A DNA stretch of 64,000 nucleotides from an uncultured archaeon (GCA_964508365.1 CAZDTP010000002.1:1-64000), one strand, 5' to 3'; positions 1 through 11,324 are shown, counted from the stretch's first letter. Notes: generated by a model not told the origin, from the letters alone. Made by a program: numbers and translations.

Positions 1-181
1 ATGTGTCCATTGCTAAGCTAGATTTACCACTACCACTAATTCCAGTTATTACAACGAGTTTATTTCTTGGAATTATAACATCAATATTTTTTAAATTATT
101 TTGTCTTGCTCCTTTAATAATAATAGAATTATGATTCATAATGACCCTTGTTAACCATTAATTTATGTGTAATGAAAACAT

Positions 182-2188
182 TCATGTTTTTATATTATAT
201 TCTTTCTTAATTTCCTTAATCTTATCTCTTAAATAGGCAGCATGTTCGAATCTTAGCTCTTTGGCTGCAAGAAACATTTTATTCTCAAGGTACTCAATTA
301 CAAAAGTTTTATCTCCTTGTTTTTCTAAATCTTCAATCTTATCATTAACACTTCTTTTTAATTTCTTTGTTTCTCTTTCCTTAAACTCTTGTTCGTCAGA
401 AAGCGAATCTAAGATGTTTTTCTTAATTGTTTGAGGCGTAATATTGAATTTCTTGTTGTGAACTATCTGTTTTGTTCTTCTTCTATTTGTTTCTTCAATT
501 GCTTCTTTCATAGCTCGAGTTATCTTATCGGCATATAATATCGCTCTGCCTTCTATGTTACGAGAAGCCCTACCAATGGTTTGTATAAGCGATCGCGTGT
601 CGCGTAAGAATCCCATTTTATCTGCGTCTAAAATTGCTACTAGTTGAACTTCTGGTAGATCTAATCCCTCTCTAAGAAGATTAATTCCCACTAAAACATC
701 GTGAGTCCCATCTCTTAAACGTCTTAATATTTCAAATCGCTCAACAGTTCCTACTTCTGAGTGTAAGTAAGCAACCTTTAAACCTAATTCCGAATAATAC
801 TCCGCGATATCTTCTGACATTCGTTTTGTTAGAGTGGTTATCAATACTCTTCCTTTGTTGGTTATAACTTGCCTTATTTCGTCTAGCAAGTCATCAATCT
901 GATTTTTAGCAGGACGAATTTCCACATAAGGATCAACTAAACCTGTCGGTCTAATTATTTGTTCAGCGGATATTCCACCACTTTTTTTCAATTCCCATTC
1001 TCCGGGAGTCGCGCTCATAAAAACTATATAATTTATTTTCGATTCCCATTCTTCAAAAGTTAGAGGTCTATTATCATATGCAGAAGGAAGTCTCCACCCA
1101 AAATCAATGAGGTTCTTTTTTCTTGATCTATCTCCCCCAATCATTCCATGGATTTGAGGAATCGTTATATGACTCTCATCAACAACTATTAAAAAATCTT
1201 TTGGAAAATAATCAATTAAACACATCGGTGGACTACCGGGTGGTCTGCCATCAAGGTGTCTAGAATAATTTTCCACTCCCTTACACCACCCCATTTCCCT
1301 CATCATCTCAAGATCAAATTTTGTTCTTTTCTCAATCCACTGTGCTTCTGCGTATTTTTTTTCTTTCGAAAATTTTGCTACCTGAACTTCTAACTCTTCT
1401 TCTATCGATACTAAAGCCTTTTCCTTGTTTTCTTCAGGTATGATAAAATGAGTAGCAGGAAAAATCCTGCAATTTGAGATCTCTTTTATTATGTTATTGG
1501 TAATATGATGAATTTCTTGAATTGACTCAATAACGTCTCCAAATAAGGATATGCGAATAGCAGTGTTTAAATAAGCTGGAAAGATATCTATAATATCTCC
1601 TCTAACCCTTACTACGCCCGGCTTAAATTCTACTTCCTTCCTTTCATAATTCATTAAAATTAATTGTTTTATTATTGCTTTTCTTTTAATAATTTGACCA
1701 ACATCAAGGCTCAAAGAAATTGCTGTCCAAATTTTAGGATCGCCAATCCCATAAATGCAAGAAACAGTTGCTACTATTATAACATCGTTCCTGGTTCTAA
1801 TCGCATGGGTTGCAGCTAATCTAAGTCTTTCAATTTCTTCGTTTACGCTGAAATCCTTCTCAATGTATAACCCTGTTATAGGCATATAACTTTCGGGCTG
1901 ATAATAATCGTAATAACTAACAAAGTAATGTACCGCATTTTCAGGAAACAATTCTTTAAGCTCGTTATATAATTGTGCTGCAAGCGTTTTATTTGGCGCC
2001 ATAACTAAAGTAGGTTTTTGAATTTCTTGAATTATGTTCGCAACACTGAATGTTTTCCCCGTGCCGGTAGCACCTAATAAAGTTTGAAACTGAATTCCTT
2101 TTTTTATGTTATCGCTGAGAGTCTTGATTGCTTCTGGCTGATCTCCGCTAGGTTTGAAACTAGATTCAATTTTAAAATTAGATATCAC
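182..2188 (-). CDS. uvrB: Excinuclease ABC subunit B
   Basis: GDQPEAI, Walker A GATGTGKT, YYDYYQPE beta-hairpin, DESH, GINLLREGLDLPEV, C-terminal UVR coil. Confidence 0.97.
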   Translation of the reverse strand: MISNFKIESSFKPSGDQPEAIKTLSDNIKKGIQFQTLLGATGTGKTFSVANIIQEIQKPTLVMAPNKTLAAQLYNELKELFPENAVHYFVSYYDYYQPESYMPITGLYIEKDFSVNEEIERLRLAATHAIRTRNDVIIVATVSCIYGIGDPKIWTAISLSLDVGQIIKRKAIIKQLILMNYERKEVEFKPGVVRVRGDIIDIFPAYLNTAIRISLFGDVIESIQEIHHITNNIIKEISNCRIFPATHFIIPEENKEKALVSIEEELEVQVAKFSKEKKYAEAQWIEKRTKFDLEMMREMGWCKGVENYSRHLDGRPPGSPPMCLIDYFPKDFLIVVDESHITIPQIHGMIGGDRSRKKNLIDFGWRLPSAYDNRPLTFEEWESKINYIVFMSATPGEWELKKSGGISAEQIIRPTGLVDPYVEIRPAKNQIDDLLDEIRQVITNKGRVLITTLTKRMSEDIAEYYSELGLKVAYLHSEVGTVERFEILRRLRDGTHDVLVGINLLREGLDLPEVQLVAILDADKMGFLRDTRSLIQTIGRASRNIEGRAILYADKITRAMKEAIEETNRRRTKQIVHNKKFNITPQTIKKNILDSLSDEQEFKERETKKLKRSVNDKIEDLEKQGDKTFVIEYLENKMFLAAKELRFEHAAYLRDKIKEIKKEYNIKT

Positions 2189-2316
2189 AATTTAAACACT
2201 AAAATTTAATGATTAACTAAAGATGAAGTTAAACTTAATTTATAGACGATATGTCTATAGATTTTTTAATGTAATACAGTTTATGTTTTTTATTATTATA
2301 AATAAAAAGTAAGGAT

Positions 2317-5300
2317 TTAAGAGGCAAGGATTTCTACATGAATATCCTCTGCACCTTCCTTGGTTCGAACTAAAATATTTAGAAATTCGCCGACATCTAC
2401 GGATCCAAATATACTATTGAGAAGATCTATTACATCGATGATGGTAAATTGGATTGAGTCTCCTGCTCCAATTTCGTAAAAATTTTCCTCGAAATTGCTA
2501 AATGAAATAAGTGTACTATTGAAATAAACAGAATCTATTGTAAGATTACACAATCCCACATTGTCGATTTTTATTACAAGGTTACCCGTAATAGATATAA
2601 ATGTATTTGTTCCAGTATCATCGATATTTATTTCGTATAAGTTTGAATCGACAAATACGGAGAAGTCCATGTTATATTGTGCAGAAGTGTTTGTAGTGAT
2701 GTGTACATTTACAATATTAGAGGCATTTAATTTAAATCCAGTAATATTGAAGGATACTAAAGCACACTCTTGTATATCGAGGGTTATATCTCCATATTCA
2801 AAATTTACATCGCTTGTAAAGGATAAGCTAGTTGAACTATTCAGATATAATTTATCTAAAGTAATCATTTCATCTCCCGTGTTTTTGATTAAAATTTTGC
2901 CTGTTTCGTTAGCAGCTATATAAGAAGCAGTATATCCTTCTACGACATCAATGATTTCAATATCTGGTTTATCTACAATCGTGTGAATGAATCCAATGTC
3001 TGAAGCTTTTGTAGTGCCGTCGAAATTTGCAGTCACTATAATTCCTATCTCATCGTTTACCTTAATCCCTGTTAAATAATCTGAGGCAGTAATTGTAAGA
3101 CTTCTTTCTGCGCCAGGAATTAAATTAAAGGGAGAAAAACCCAATATGGACGTCCAACTTGAAGAAGACGTGAGATATATAGAATCAAGTCCTAGTATGA
3201 TATCTCCAGTGTTTTTAACCATTATGTTTACGCGAGTTGTACCATTATCATAAGTATACGCATATGTTTTTTCGAGATTAATTGGAATATGCTTTCGAAA
3301 ATCAGTTTGAGTGGTGATTTGTGCTTCTGGTGAGGCTATTCTGCTTTCATCTAGAATAGAAATTTTAAAGGGATTATAGTTTGAAGTAAATAGTACCTCA
3401 TCCTTTATACTGTTGGGAGTAATTACACCAATTTTGTGCTCGGTTCTTATTGGATCAAATTGATAGAGAGTATTTGTGATTTTAACACGCGCTTTTTGAC
3501 CAGGTTCCAAAATTGGAGATCCAGAAACATACTTAGTATTGTTGAGTGTATTTGTTTCATTATCGATGTAGAAATCTTTCAATATTACTGTAGTTAACCC
3601 TGTATTTTCAATTTCTAGATTTATTTCACTAGTTGAGTCATTAACTTGAACGACTTTACTGTTTATTTTATTAATCATAATTTCTCCTTCCTTAGCTTCT
3701 TGTACAAATAGATTACTCGTGTTGTTTGTGAAAGTGAAAGATGATGAATCAATCGCAGTTGATTGAGCCTCCACTTCAATGTTTACTACATCGTTTTTTT
3801 CAAAAGAATTTCCACTAGATTTAATATTTACCCAAACTAAATCATCATCAGTTGCATTTAGAGCATTAGTTTCAAAAGCTTTGCCCATATTAAAATCGTA
3901 GCTCTCTCCGTTAATTTTTACATCACTAATCGTTAAATCTTTTGAACCTGTGTTTTTCAACTTGAAACTAGCATAACCAGTATCAAATACTTCCGGATTT
4001 TGTATTCGAAAGCTCGATTCTAAAGCAGTGTAATCAAGTTTAAACAATTTCACCATTCCATTTGTTGAAATATATTCTGACTTAAAGACCTTAAATTGAT
4101 AATCACCATCGACAGGTATGTGTGCGACATATAGGTTCCCAAGATCATCTGTCAATGAATTTATTTGATTTTGGTAATATTCAATAAATGTTCTGAGGTT
4201 ATTTGGATTAGCTGGGGGACTTGTTGGATTTCCATAGAACATCAATCTAATTAACTGACTTTCGAACCATTTTGCAGTGGGCTGGTTTGTAGTAGTGTTG
4301 TAATATTCACTTTCAACGAATACAGAATTCGAAGCCCAATTATCTTCTTCCATTCCAAAATTCTTATAAGATTGGTAGTTATCGTTACAAATCCTTACCA
4401 TCCAAGGCCATTTACCTTCATCACCTCCTAAAGCAGAATACAGCATTCCAAAATAGACTAAGACATAATCTGCTTTTAATGCTTTGAAAGCTTTAGCACT
4501 ATATATCTCGTTTGTTTGCATCATTGCCATACCCGTCAGCCCTATTCGAGTTTCGTTGATTGTTCCGTTATCGTTAACCGTTGTCATGTTTCCGATCGGA
4601 GTTATCCAATAACCGTAATCCCACCACGAGACAACAACGGATGTACCAGGCAGATTTGTTTTCATCCAAATTAGTGTTTCTTCCCAATCGTGTATATCTC
4701 CTCCTGGTGCTAATTGACTCTGCGATAGTTGAGTTATCGCGATGTTAGAAGCGTGCATAACTTGGGCGATACACATTATCCCAACAATGAAATAAACAGC
4801 ACCAATTTCGGATTTTCCAACCATCCGTTTGACTTGGCGCTTTCGCTTTCTACTAACACCCAATCTCTTTTCTCCGTAAAAACTACCAAAAATTTTTAAA
4901 ACATTAACTAATCCATACGCACCCACTAAGCATGCTGCGGGGGCAAATAATAATATTATTCGAATCATGCTACCAGTAAAATAAAAAATTAAAATTAGAA
5001 AAGCGAGTAGCAGAATATCAGCGGTATTAGCTCGTTTAAATAAGAAAAACAATCCAAGAGGTAAAAGGGTCAGAGGAATCAAAGTATTATAGTAAAATAC
5101 ACTCCATGAACTTGGCATATGTTCAGCTACGGAAGCTACAATGCTCAAAGAATCTCTAATTAAAGGACTCAATACACTTAATAATCTTTGACCAAATCCG
5201 AAAGGAATTATATTAGGAGCAACCCAAATTATTACGCCAACTATGACTACGGCTGGTATCAATCCCCATTTAATGGTATTTATTAAGCCATTATAAAAAC

Positions 5301-6201
5301 GAGAAAAATCGTCTTTTTTAGTGTAAATTATGTGGAAAATAACAAGGAAGATCGAAAAATAAAACACACCTCCCAGTTCTAGACTAGTGAAGAAATGTTG
5401 ATAAGCAAATCTAACATTTAAGGCATGTACAAATAAACCTACTCCTTCGATGCCAACGTACGCAATTAAGAGGTTAGCATCATATTTTTTTAATAAAATC
5501 ATAATTCCACATACTATAGGAAGTATTAATGACACAAAATTAAATCCACCCCAACTAAGTGCTAAATACCCTAAGAAGACTCCACCTAATAAAGAATGAA
5601 CAATCTTACCCGTTCTTATCGTTTTAATGAAAAAATAGAATGTAATTAGAGTTGAAAATACACCTATGGTCTCATTATCGAAAAAACCAGCGGTAGTTCG
5701 TTGCATAAAACCAGGATTAAAAGCTAAAAAAAATGCAGCGACTAAACCGCATCTTCTATCGAGTGCTTCTTTACCTACAAGATATATAGCAAAAACAGAC
5801 GCACCTCCCATGATCGCTGGGAAGAAATAACAAATATCATATAAAGATATTGGAATACCTAAAAAATTCACAATTTGATAGATTGCTACTACGGTGAAAG
5901 TCAGTCCAGGTCTAAGGTTCCCACGGTTATATCCTTCAGGAAACCAACTTTTGAAGTCGTGCCAATTAAAGTATTCGAAAACAGAGTGTGTAGATAAATA
6001 TTCCGCATTATAGTATTGTATCCAAGGATCAAAAGCTTTTATAAGGTAGTTCCCAGTCGATATAGGTGAGAGTCTTATTAAAATGGCTAAAAGTATAACT
6101 AAAAAGAGAGCAAAGAAAAACACGATGTTAAATGTTTTTATTGTTACGCTTGCTCTTGCGCGATCTCTAAGATTTTTTAAAGATGAGTAAATAAAGGACA
6201 T
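2317..6201 (-). CDS. aglB: Oligosaccharyltransferase AglB/STT3 with long C-terminal beta-rich repeat extension
   Basis: FDPW, multiple TM helices, GFFDNE, SVAEH, WWDYG and DNGT motifs; about 570 extra residues after the STT3 core. Confidence 0.95.
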   Translation of the reverse strand: MSFIYSSLKNLRDRARASVTIKTFNIVFFFALFLVILLAILIRLSPISTGNYLIKAFDPWIQYYNAEYLSTHSVFEYFNWHDFKSWFPEGYNRGNLRPGLTFTVVAIYQIVNFLGIPISLYDICYFFPAIMGGASVFAIYLVGKEALDRRCGLVAAFFLAFNPGFMQRTTAGFFDNETIGVFSTLITFYFFIKTIRTGKIVHSLLGGVFLGYLALSWGGFNFVSLILPIVCGIMILLKKYDANLLIAYVGIEGVGLFVHALNVRFAYQHFFTSLELGGVFYFSIFLVIFHIIYTKKDDFSRFYNGLINTIKWGLIPAVVIVGVIIWVAPNIIPFGFGQRLLSVLSPLIRDSLSIVASVAEHMPSSWSVFYYNTLIPLTLLPLGLFFLFKRANTADILLLAFLILIFYFTGSMIRIILLFAPAACLVGAYGLVNVLKIFGSFYGEKRLGVSRKRKRQVKRMVGKSEIGAVYFIVGIMCIAQVMHASNIAITQLSQSQLAPGGDIHDWEETLIWMKTNLPGTSVVVSWWDYGYWITPIGNMTTVNDNGTINETRIGLTGMAMMQTNEIYSAKAFKALKADYVLVYFGMLYSALGGDEGKWPWMVRICNDNYQSYKNFGMEEDNWASNSVFVESEYYNTTTNQPTAKWFESQLIRLMFYGNPTSPPANPNNLRTFIEYYQNQINSLTDDLGNLYVAHIPVDGDYQFKVFKSEYISTNGMVKLFKLDYTALESSFRIQNPEVFDTGYASFKLKNTGSKDLTISDVKINGESYDFNMGKAFETNALNATDDDLVWVNIKSSGNSFEKNDVVNIEVEAQSTAIDSSSFTFTNNTSNLFVQEAKEGEIMINKINSKVVQVNDSTSEINLEIENTGLTTVILKDFYIDNETNTLNNTKYVSGSPILEPGQKARVKITNTLYQFDPIRTEHKIGVITPNSIKDEVLFTSNYNPFKISILDESRIASPEAQITTQTDFRKHIPINLEKTYAYTYDNGTTRVNIMVKNTGDIILGLDSIYLTSSSSWTSILGFSPFNLIPGAERSLTITASDYLTGIKVNDEIGIIVTANFDGTTKASDIGFIHTIVDKPDIEIIDVVEGYTASYIAANETGKILIKNTGDEMITLDKLYLNSSTSLSFTSDVNFEYGDITLDIQECALVSFNITGFKLNASNIVNVHITTNTSAQYNMDFSVFVDSNLYEINIDDTGTNTFISITGNLVIKIDNVGLCNLTIDSVYFNSTLISFSNFEENFYEIGAGDSIQFTIIDVIDLLNSIFGSVDVGEFLNILVRTKEGAEDIHVEILAS

Positions 6202-6385
6202 ATTTTTTCTTCTATATTATTGTTAAAAGGTATAATCGTTATGAAATTTAAAAGATTTTAAACCATTAAAAGATTGTTTTTTAACAAATTAATTGGTCTA
6301 GATATTATAACACGAAATTCAATTATTATAAAAATCCTATTTCATACATAAAATTATTGAAATTTTAATATTGTAATTAATAGGA

Positions 6386-7243
6386 ATGGAAAAAACGAGA
6401 TATATCTTTAAATTCTATTACATTGGGTCAAAAAAATATTTTGGTTCTCAACGCCAACCCGATTATTTAACTGTTGAAGAATGTCTATTGAGCGCTTTAA
6501 AGGAGAGAAAATATATAAACGATGATAAGAATTCGGGTTTCGAAGTAGCAAGCAGAACCGATAAGTACGTGTCAGCCCGAGGATCCATTTTTTCTTTTAT
6601 TACTGAAAAAAGACCTATTTTAATGGAGATCAATACAGCTCTCCCAAAAAATATTGGAATCTGGGGGTATTCCGAAGTACCAAGAGATTTTTTATCAAGA
6701 TACAATGCTCTCTATAGACATTACAAGTATATTGTTCCCTATTCATTTATCTTTCGTAGAAAAAAAACCTTAAATAATCTAAACGAAATGATTAGAGCGT
6801 GTAAAACATTTGAGGGAAGACATGATTTTAGTAACTTTGCCAAACAAGAGAAAGAAGATGAAAAAACTATCAGAGACATTATATTAGCATCCCTAAGATT
6901 AGACGGTGATTTCCTAATTTTCGATTTCAAGAGTAGAGCTTTTTTAAGACAACAGATTAGAAGAATGGTTGCTAAGATCCTTGAACTTGGTTTAGGAATA
7001 ATTAGCTATGAACAGTTCTTAAATTTATTTAATCCCTCTAAAACCTACTCCTATCAACCCGCTGATCCCTTAGGATTAATATTGTGGGATATTAATTATG
7101 GAAAAAATCTACAATTCACAATTGATGCCAAATCAAAAGAGAGAATGACTAATTTCTTTCTGAAACAGGAGATAAAATTTTCAACCAAACAGAAATTATT
7201 CAATCTCATGCAGCATAACGATATTAGCGAGAAGGGCCTGTAA
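6386..7243 (+). CDS. truA: tRNA pseudouridine(38-40) synthase
   Basis: YxGxxYFGSQRQP, catalytic SRTD, GRHDFSNF, FLRQQIRRMV. Confidence 0.92.
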   Translation: MEKTRYIFKFYYIGSKKYFGSQRQPDYLTVEECLLSALKERKYINDDKNSGFEVASRTDKYVSARGSIFSFITEKRPILMEINTALPKNIGIWGYSEVPRDFLSRYNALYRHYKYIVPYSFIFRRKKTLNNLNEMIRACKTFEGRHDFSNFAKQEKEDEKTIRDIILASLRLDGDFLIFDFKSRAFLRQQIRRMVAKILELGLGIISYEQFLNLFNPSKTYSYQPADPLGLILWDINYGKNLQFTIDAKSKERMTNFFLKQEIKFSTKQKLFNLMQHNDISEKGL

Positions 7244-8167
7244 TTGAATTTCTTCAGTACCTCCTTGACTTAATCGGTATTCAAACTCCGCAAGTAATTT
7301 CGTTAGCTCTATTTTTATATCTTCCGACACATCCAAGTCGTAAATTTCTCGATGTATATTCTTAATAATATTTATGCCTGACAATCCATACTCTCTTGTT
7401 ATATCATTTAACAATTTTAAGGAAAGTTGTAATTGTCCCCTAAGAGCCCCTTCAAGAACTTCTCTAATCCGCTCTTGTGGGACTTCTCCAGCTACCCGGA
7501 ATACCAAATCTTGATCAATATTTTTTGAGATTGTTCCGCATGATTGCAGATAATTTATAGCTCTGCGACAATCTCCCTTAGCCACCTCAACTAAAGCGTT
7601 TAAACCATTGGGGTTGACACTTATATTTTCTTTGTTTGCAACGAAATTGATACGACTTTTAATATCTTCTTTACTCAAAGAGGAAAAGCGGAAAACTACA
7701 CATCTAGATTGAATAGGTGGAATAATCTTATTAGAATAATTGCAAATTAATATCATCCTACAGTTGCGTGTATATTTTTCCATTGTTCGCCTTAAAGCTT
7801 GTTGGGCAGGTGCAGTCATATTATCTGCTTCATCTAAAATTAGAATTTTAAATGATATATTGGAAGGAGGTTTAGCTTTAGCAAAATCCTTAATATAAGT
7901 TCTTATTACATCTATACCTCTGGCATCACTTGCGTTCAGTTCGAGAAAAGTAGTATTAATCGCCTTTTTACTACCGTATAATTCTTTGACCATAGCTAAC
8001 GCAGAAGTTGTTTTACCAGTACCGGCGGGACCTGCGAATATAAGGTGTGGCATCGATTTATCCTTTACGAATTGCTTCAGTCGTTTAATAATTCCTTCTT
8101 GGTTAACCACATCATCTAATAAACGAGGTCTGTATTTTTCCACCCATGGTTTGTTTTCAGCAGACAA
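7196..8167 (-). CDS. rfcS: Replication factor C small subunit
   Basis: PWVEKYRP, GPAGTGKT, ELNASDARG, ILDEAD, SRC motif. Confidence 0.96.
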   Translation of the reverse strand: MSAENKPWVEKYRPRLLDDVVNQEGIIKRLKQFVKDKSMPHLIFAGPAGTGKTTSALAMVKELYGSKKAINTTFLELNASDARGIDVIRTYIKDFAKAKPPSNISFKILILDEADNMTAPAQQALRRTMEKYTRNCRMILICNYSNKIIPPIQSRCVVFRFSSLSKEDIKSRINFVANKENISVNPNGLNALVEVAKGDCRRAINYLQSCGTISKNIDQDLVFRVAGEVPQERIREVLEGALRGQLQLSLKLLNDITREYGLSGINIIKNIHREIYDLDVSEDIKIELTKLLAEFEYRLSQGGTEEIQLQALLANIVMLHEIE

Positions 8168-8285
8168 TGTAACACCTAATACAAATAGATTTACTAATTA
8201 TAAATAAAAAAATACTATTAAGAATTAAAGTTTCTTTATTTATTATTATTATACAACTATAAAAATAAGACAAAGAAACGATACA

Positions 8286-9590
8286 ATGACAGAATATAAA
8301 ATCACAAAAATTAAATCTCGATGGATTTTAGATTCACGAGGAAACCCTACTGTCGAGTCTGACGTGTTTGCGGGAAAAGTATATGCAAGAGCTGCAGTTC
8401 CTTCAGGAGCATCAACTGGAATTATGGAAGCTTTAGAATTACGAGACGGAGGAGACGCTTTCTTAGGTAAGCATGTTACTAAAGCAGTATCAAATGTAAA
8501 CACCGTTATAAGCAATAAACTAAAAAATTTTGATGTACGAGAACAAACTAACATCGACGAGGAGATGATTGCAATTGATGGTACGGAAAACAAAAGCAAC
8601 TTAGGTGCCAATGCAATACTTTCAGTATCTTTAGCTGTTTCAAAGTTAGCTGCGCTTCTATCTGAGAAACCATTATATCAATACCTCTACGAATTAGCAT
8701 ATGGAAAATCAAGGGAAGACTTCTTATTACCTATACCATCATGTAATATAATTAACGGGGGAGAACACGCTGGTAATGACCTAGCTATACAAGAATTTAT
8801 GGTATTACCTATAGGTGCTGATTCATTCTCAAACGCAATACAAAATGTTGCGGAAGTTTATCAAACCTTAAAGAAGCTACTGAAACAAAATTATGGTCCT
8901 TCCGCAATTAATGTAGGAGATGAAGGGGGATTCGCTCCAAATTTATCAACAACTATGGAAGCGGTAGATATAATCATAGAAGCCATCGAAGCGGCGGGTT
9001 TTTTGATGGGTACCGATTTCGTACTTGGAATGGACGCAGCAGCAAGTGAATTTTACGAAGATGGAATTTATAATATTGACGGGAAAAAGCTCACAAATGA
9101 GGAACTAATGGAGTATTACTTGAATTTATTGCACGAGTATCCATTTAAATCCATTGAAGATCCATTTGATGAGAAAGATTTCAGATCTTTTTCAAATTTA
9201 ACAGCTAAGGTTGATAGATCGATTCAAATTGTCGACGACGATCTCACTGTTACGAATATAAAAATATTGAAAAAAGCGATAGATGAAAAAGCAGGTAGTG
9301 CGTTATTACTTAAAGTTAATCAAATAGGATCTCTAACAGAAGCAATAAAAGCGGCTAAAATGGCATTTAATAATGGGTTCAATGTAATGGTATCGCACCG
9401 TTCTGGGGAAACTGAAGATAGTTTTATTGCAGACTTAGCTACAGGTCTTTGTACGGGACAAATTAAATCAGGTGCCACATGTAGGAGCGATAGAACTTGT
9501 AAATTTAATCAACTACTCCGAATAGAAGAATCATTAGGTCTTAAAGCAAAATACCCCAAAAGTTTTGATTCTTGGAAGAATTACATATAA
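8286..9590 (+). CDS. eno: Enolase
   Basis: ILDSRGNPTVE, VPSGASTG, GDEGGFAP, SHRSGETED, KFNQLLRIEE. Confidence 0.98.
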   Translation: MTEYKITKIKSRWILDSRGNPTVESDVFAGKVYARAAVPSGASTGIMEALELRDGGDAFLGKHVTKAVSNVNTVISNKLKNFDVREQTNIDEEMIAIDGTENKSNLGANAILSVSLAVSKLAALLSEKPLYQYLYELAYGKSREDFLLPIPSCNIINGGEHAGNDLAIQEFMVLPIGADSFSNAIQNVAEVYQTLKKLLKQNYGPSAINVGDEGGFAPNLSTTMEAVDIIIEAIEAAGFLMGTDFVLGMDAAASEFYEDGIYNIDGKKLTNEELMEYYLNLLHEYPFKSIEDPFDEKDFRSFSNLTAKVDRSIQIVDDDLTVTNIKILKKAIDEKAGSALLLKVNQIGSLTEAIKAAKMAFNNGFNVMVSHRSGETEDSFIADLATGLCTGQIKSGATCRSDRTCKFNQLLRIEESLGLKAKYPKSFDSWKNYI

Positions 9591-9596
9591 TTATTT

Positions 9597-10229
9597 TTAA
9601 CTCTCCATTTTTCTTTTAAATCTATAAATATTTACATTTATTGATTTAGTTTTTTGTTTGTGAAATTCGTATGTCTTATTAAGCTTCAAGTGATAAGGAA
9701 ACACATAATCGATCGCCCATTTATATTTTTTTATATATGTTGAGATAAATTGGTGTACGTTTGGATTTGCGAGATGTATCGAATATACAACGTGTGAGAT
9801 GCTAAACGCTTTTGCTAAAAAATAACGATCAGCAGTTTTTTTTTGGACTCCAAAAGGAGGATTCATAATAGTAGTGATATAGAAATTCTCTGGATTTGCA
9901 TTTCGAAAAAGTTCAAAATGATTTATATCGGAACAAATGGGGGAGATAATAGACTCTAGACCATATTTATTGATATTATTTTTTAATATTTTTAAAGCAC
10001 TGAAATCTATATCTACACTTAATACATTATTTGCTTGGAGATACGCACACGCTATGGATAATCTTCCGGTTCCAGCCCCTAAATCCAAAATTAATCGGTT
10101 TTTAATATCGCTATTTTCGACTCCTGCGAAATAAACAATATCGACAGCACTCTTTGCATCTATGCAATATTGTTCTAACTTAATATTAGGATTCGAAAAT
10201 CCTTCAGTTTGCTGAAGTAACGATATCAA
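9597..10229 (-). CDS. METTL5-family RNA N6-adenine methyltransferase
   Basis: LEQY, DLGAGTGRL SAM motif, NPPFG. Confidence 0.88.
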   Translation of the reverse strand: MISLLQQTEGFSNPNIKLEQYCIDAKSAVDIVYFAGVENSDIKNRLILDLGAGTGRLSIACAYLQANNVLSVDIDFSALKILKNNINKYGLESIISPICSDINHFELFRNANPENFYITTIMNPPFGVQKKTADRYFLAKAFSISHVVYSIHLANPNVHQFISTYIKKYKWAIDYVFPYHLKLNKTYEFHKQKTKSINVNIYRFKRKMES

Positions 10230-10348
10230 ATCTCTCTTGTTTATCGTAATCGCCTAAAATCTGTTCTCCATAATTTTTTTTATGAAAAATTATGAAAAAA
10301 CTTAATTATTTTAATTAATAATAATTAAATAGAGAAATTAAAAGATTT

Positions 10349-10957
10349 TTGTTCAAATTTATGAAAGAATCTGCGAAAAATAATGAAATAGTTCTTACGG
10401 GTCAATATTTAGGCGTTGTGGAAGAATATTTACCTGATAAAAGGTCGACCTACATAAGAGATGGTCAAATTTTTGCCACTAAATCAGGAATAGTCAGTAT
10501 CGATGAAGGACGAAGAGCTATAGAGATTAAAGGTCACCAAGACGAAGATAGAAAAACGATAAAAATTAACGATACAATAATAGGAACGATTCAATTTCTA
10601 AGACTTTATTCTGTTGGTATTAGTTTTGCTACAATCAATAATAAAATTCATTTTAATAGTTCTTATTTTGGCAATATTCATGTATCTCATATCTCCCAAA
10701 AATTTATTGAAAAAATCGCCGATGCATTCCAAATTACTGATATTGTCAGAGCTAAAGTTATTAAGCAAGAACAAAATGAATACAGCTTAAGTACCGTAGG
10801 TAATGATTTAGGTGTTGTCCATGCTGATTGTAGCATCTGTGGAACACCTCTTGATAGAATAGGACAAAATAAGTTAAAGTGTTCACGATGTGGAAATGAT
10901 GAAAATAGGAAATTAGCTAGCGATTATGGAAGCGTTTCTGAAAGTCTAAGATACTGA
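10349..10957 (+). CDS. csl4: Exosome RNA-binding subunit Csl4
   Basis: N-terminal G-x-x-LG..EEY, S1 domain (IHVSHIS, DIVRAKV), C-terminal CSIC/CSRC Zn ribbon followed by RKLA. Confidence 0.92.
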   Translation: MFKFMKESAKNNEIVLTGQYLGVVEEYLPDKRSTYIRDGQIFATKSGIVSIDEGRRAIEIKGHQDEDRKTIKINDTIIGTIQFLRLYSVGISFATINNKIHFNSSYFGNIHVSHISQKFIEKIADAFQITDIVRAKVIKQEQNEYSLSTVGNDLGVVHADCSICGTPLDRIGQNKLKCSRCGNDENRKLASDYGSVSESLRY

Positions 10958-11020
10958 ATCGGTTAACTGTTTTATAACACATGTTTAGCTTAATAGTAAT
11001 AACTAAAAAGAGGATTTATT

Positions 11021-11242
11021 TTGGGTAGCCGTGGAGGAAGAAAAGTTATTAATTTCTATAATTCAAGCGGAGAGTTAGCGAATATTGTTAAATTTCTTGA
11101 AGAAGTTCAAAAAAAAATAAATTATCTTAATCTAAATTGTAAAGTCGAAGGAAAAGAAATAAAAATCACATTATTTGGACCAAGAGATCTTCAATATTTA
11201 GCAAGTGAAAGATTAAGGGAGCTAGCTAACCAATATTTATAA
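11021..11242 (+). CDS. Small hypothetical protein (possibly a DUF2067-like alpha/beta domain)
   Basis: 73 aa ORF inside the csl4-rpo11 operon with a GAGG SD-like motif upstream; the family resemblance is weak. Confidence 0.6.
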   Translation: MGSRGGRKVINFYNSSGELANIVKFLEEVQKKINYLNLNCKVEGKEIKITLFGPRDLQYLASERLRELANQYL

Positions 11243-11324
11243 AGATGCTTATCTTGTTATTGTTTTAAAACCAAAAAACATTTATTTAATTAAAGATTAA
11301 AGGACTTAGTTTTGGTGGATTATT

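Noticed and set aside
7196-7243. 48-bp tail-to-tail overlap of truA and rfcS
   Set aside because: Convergent overlaps are common in compact archaeal genomes, and both proteins are of normal length.
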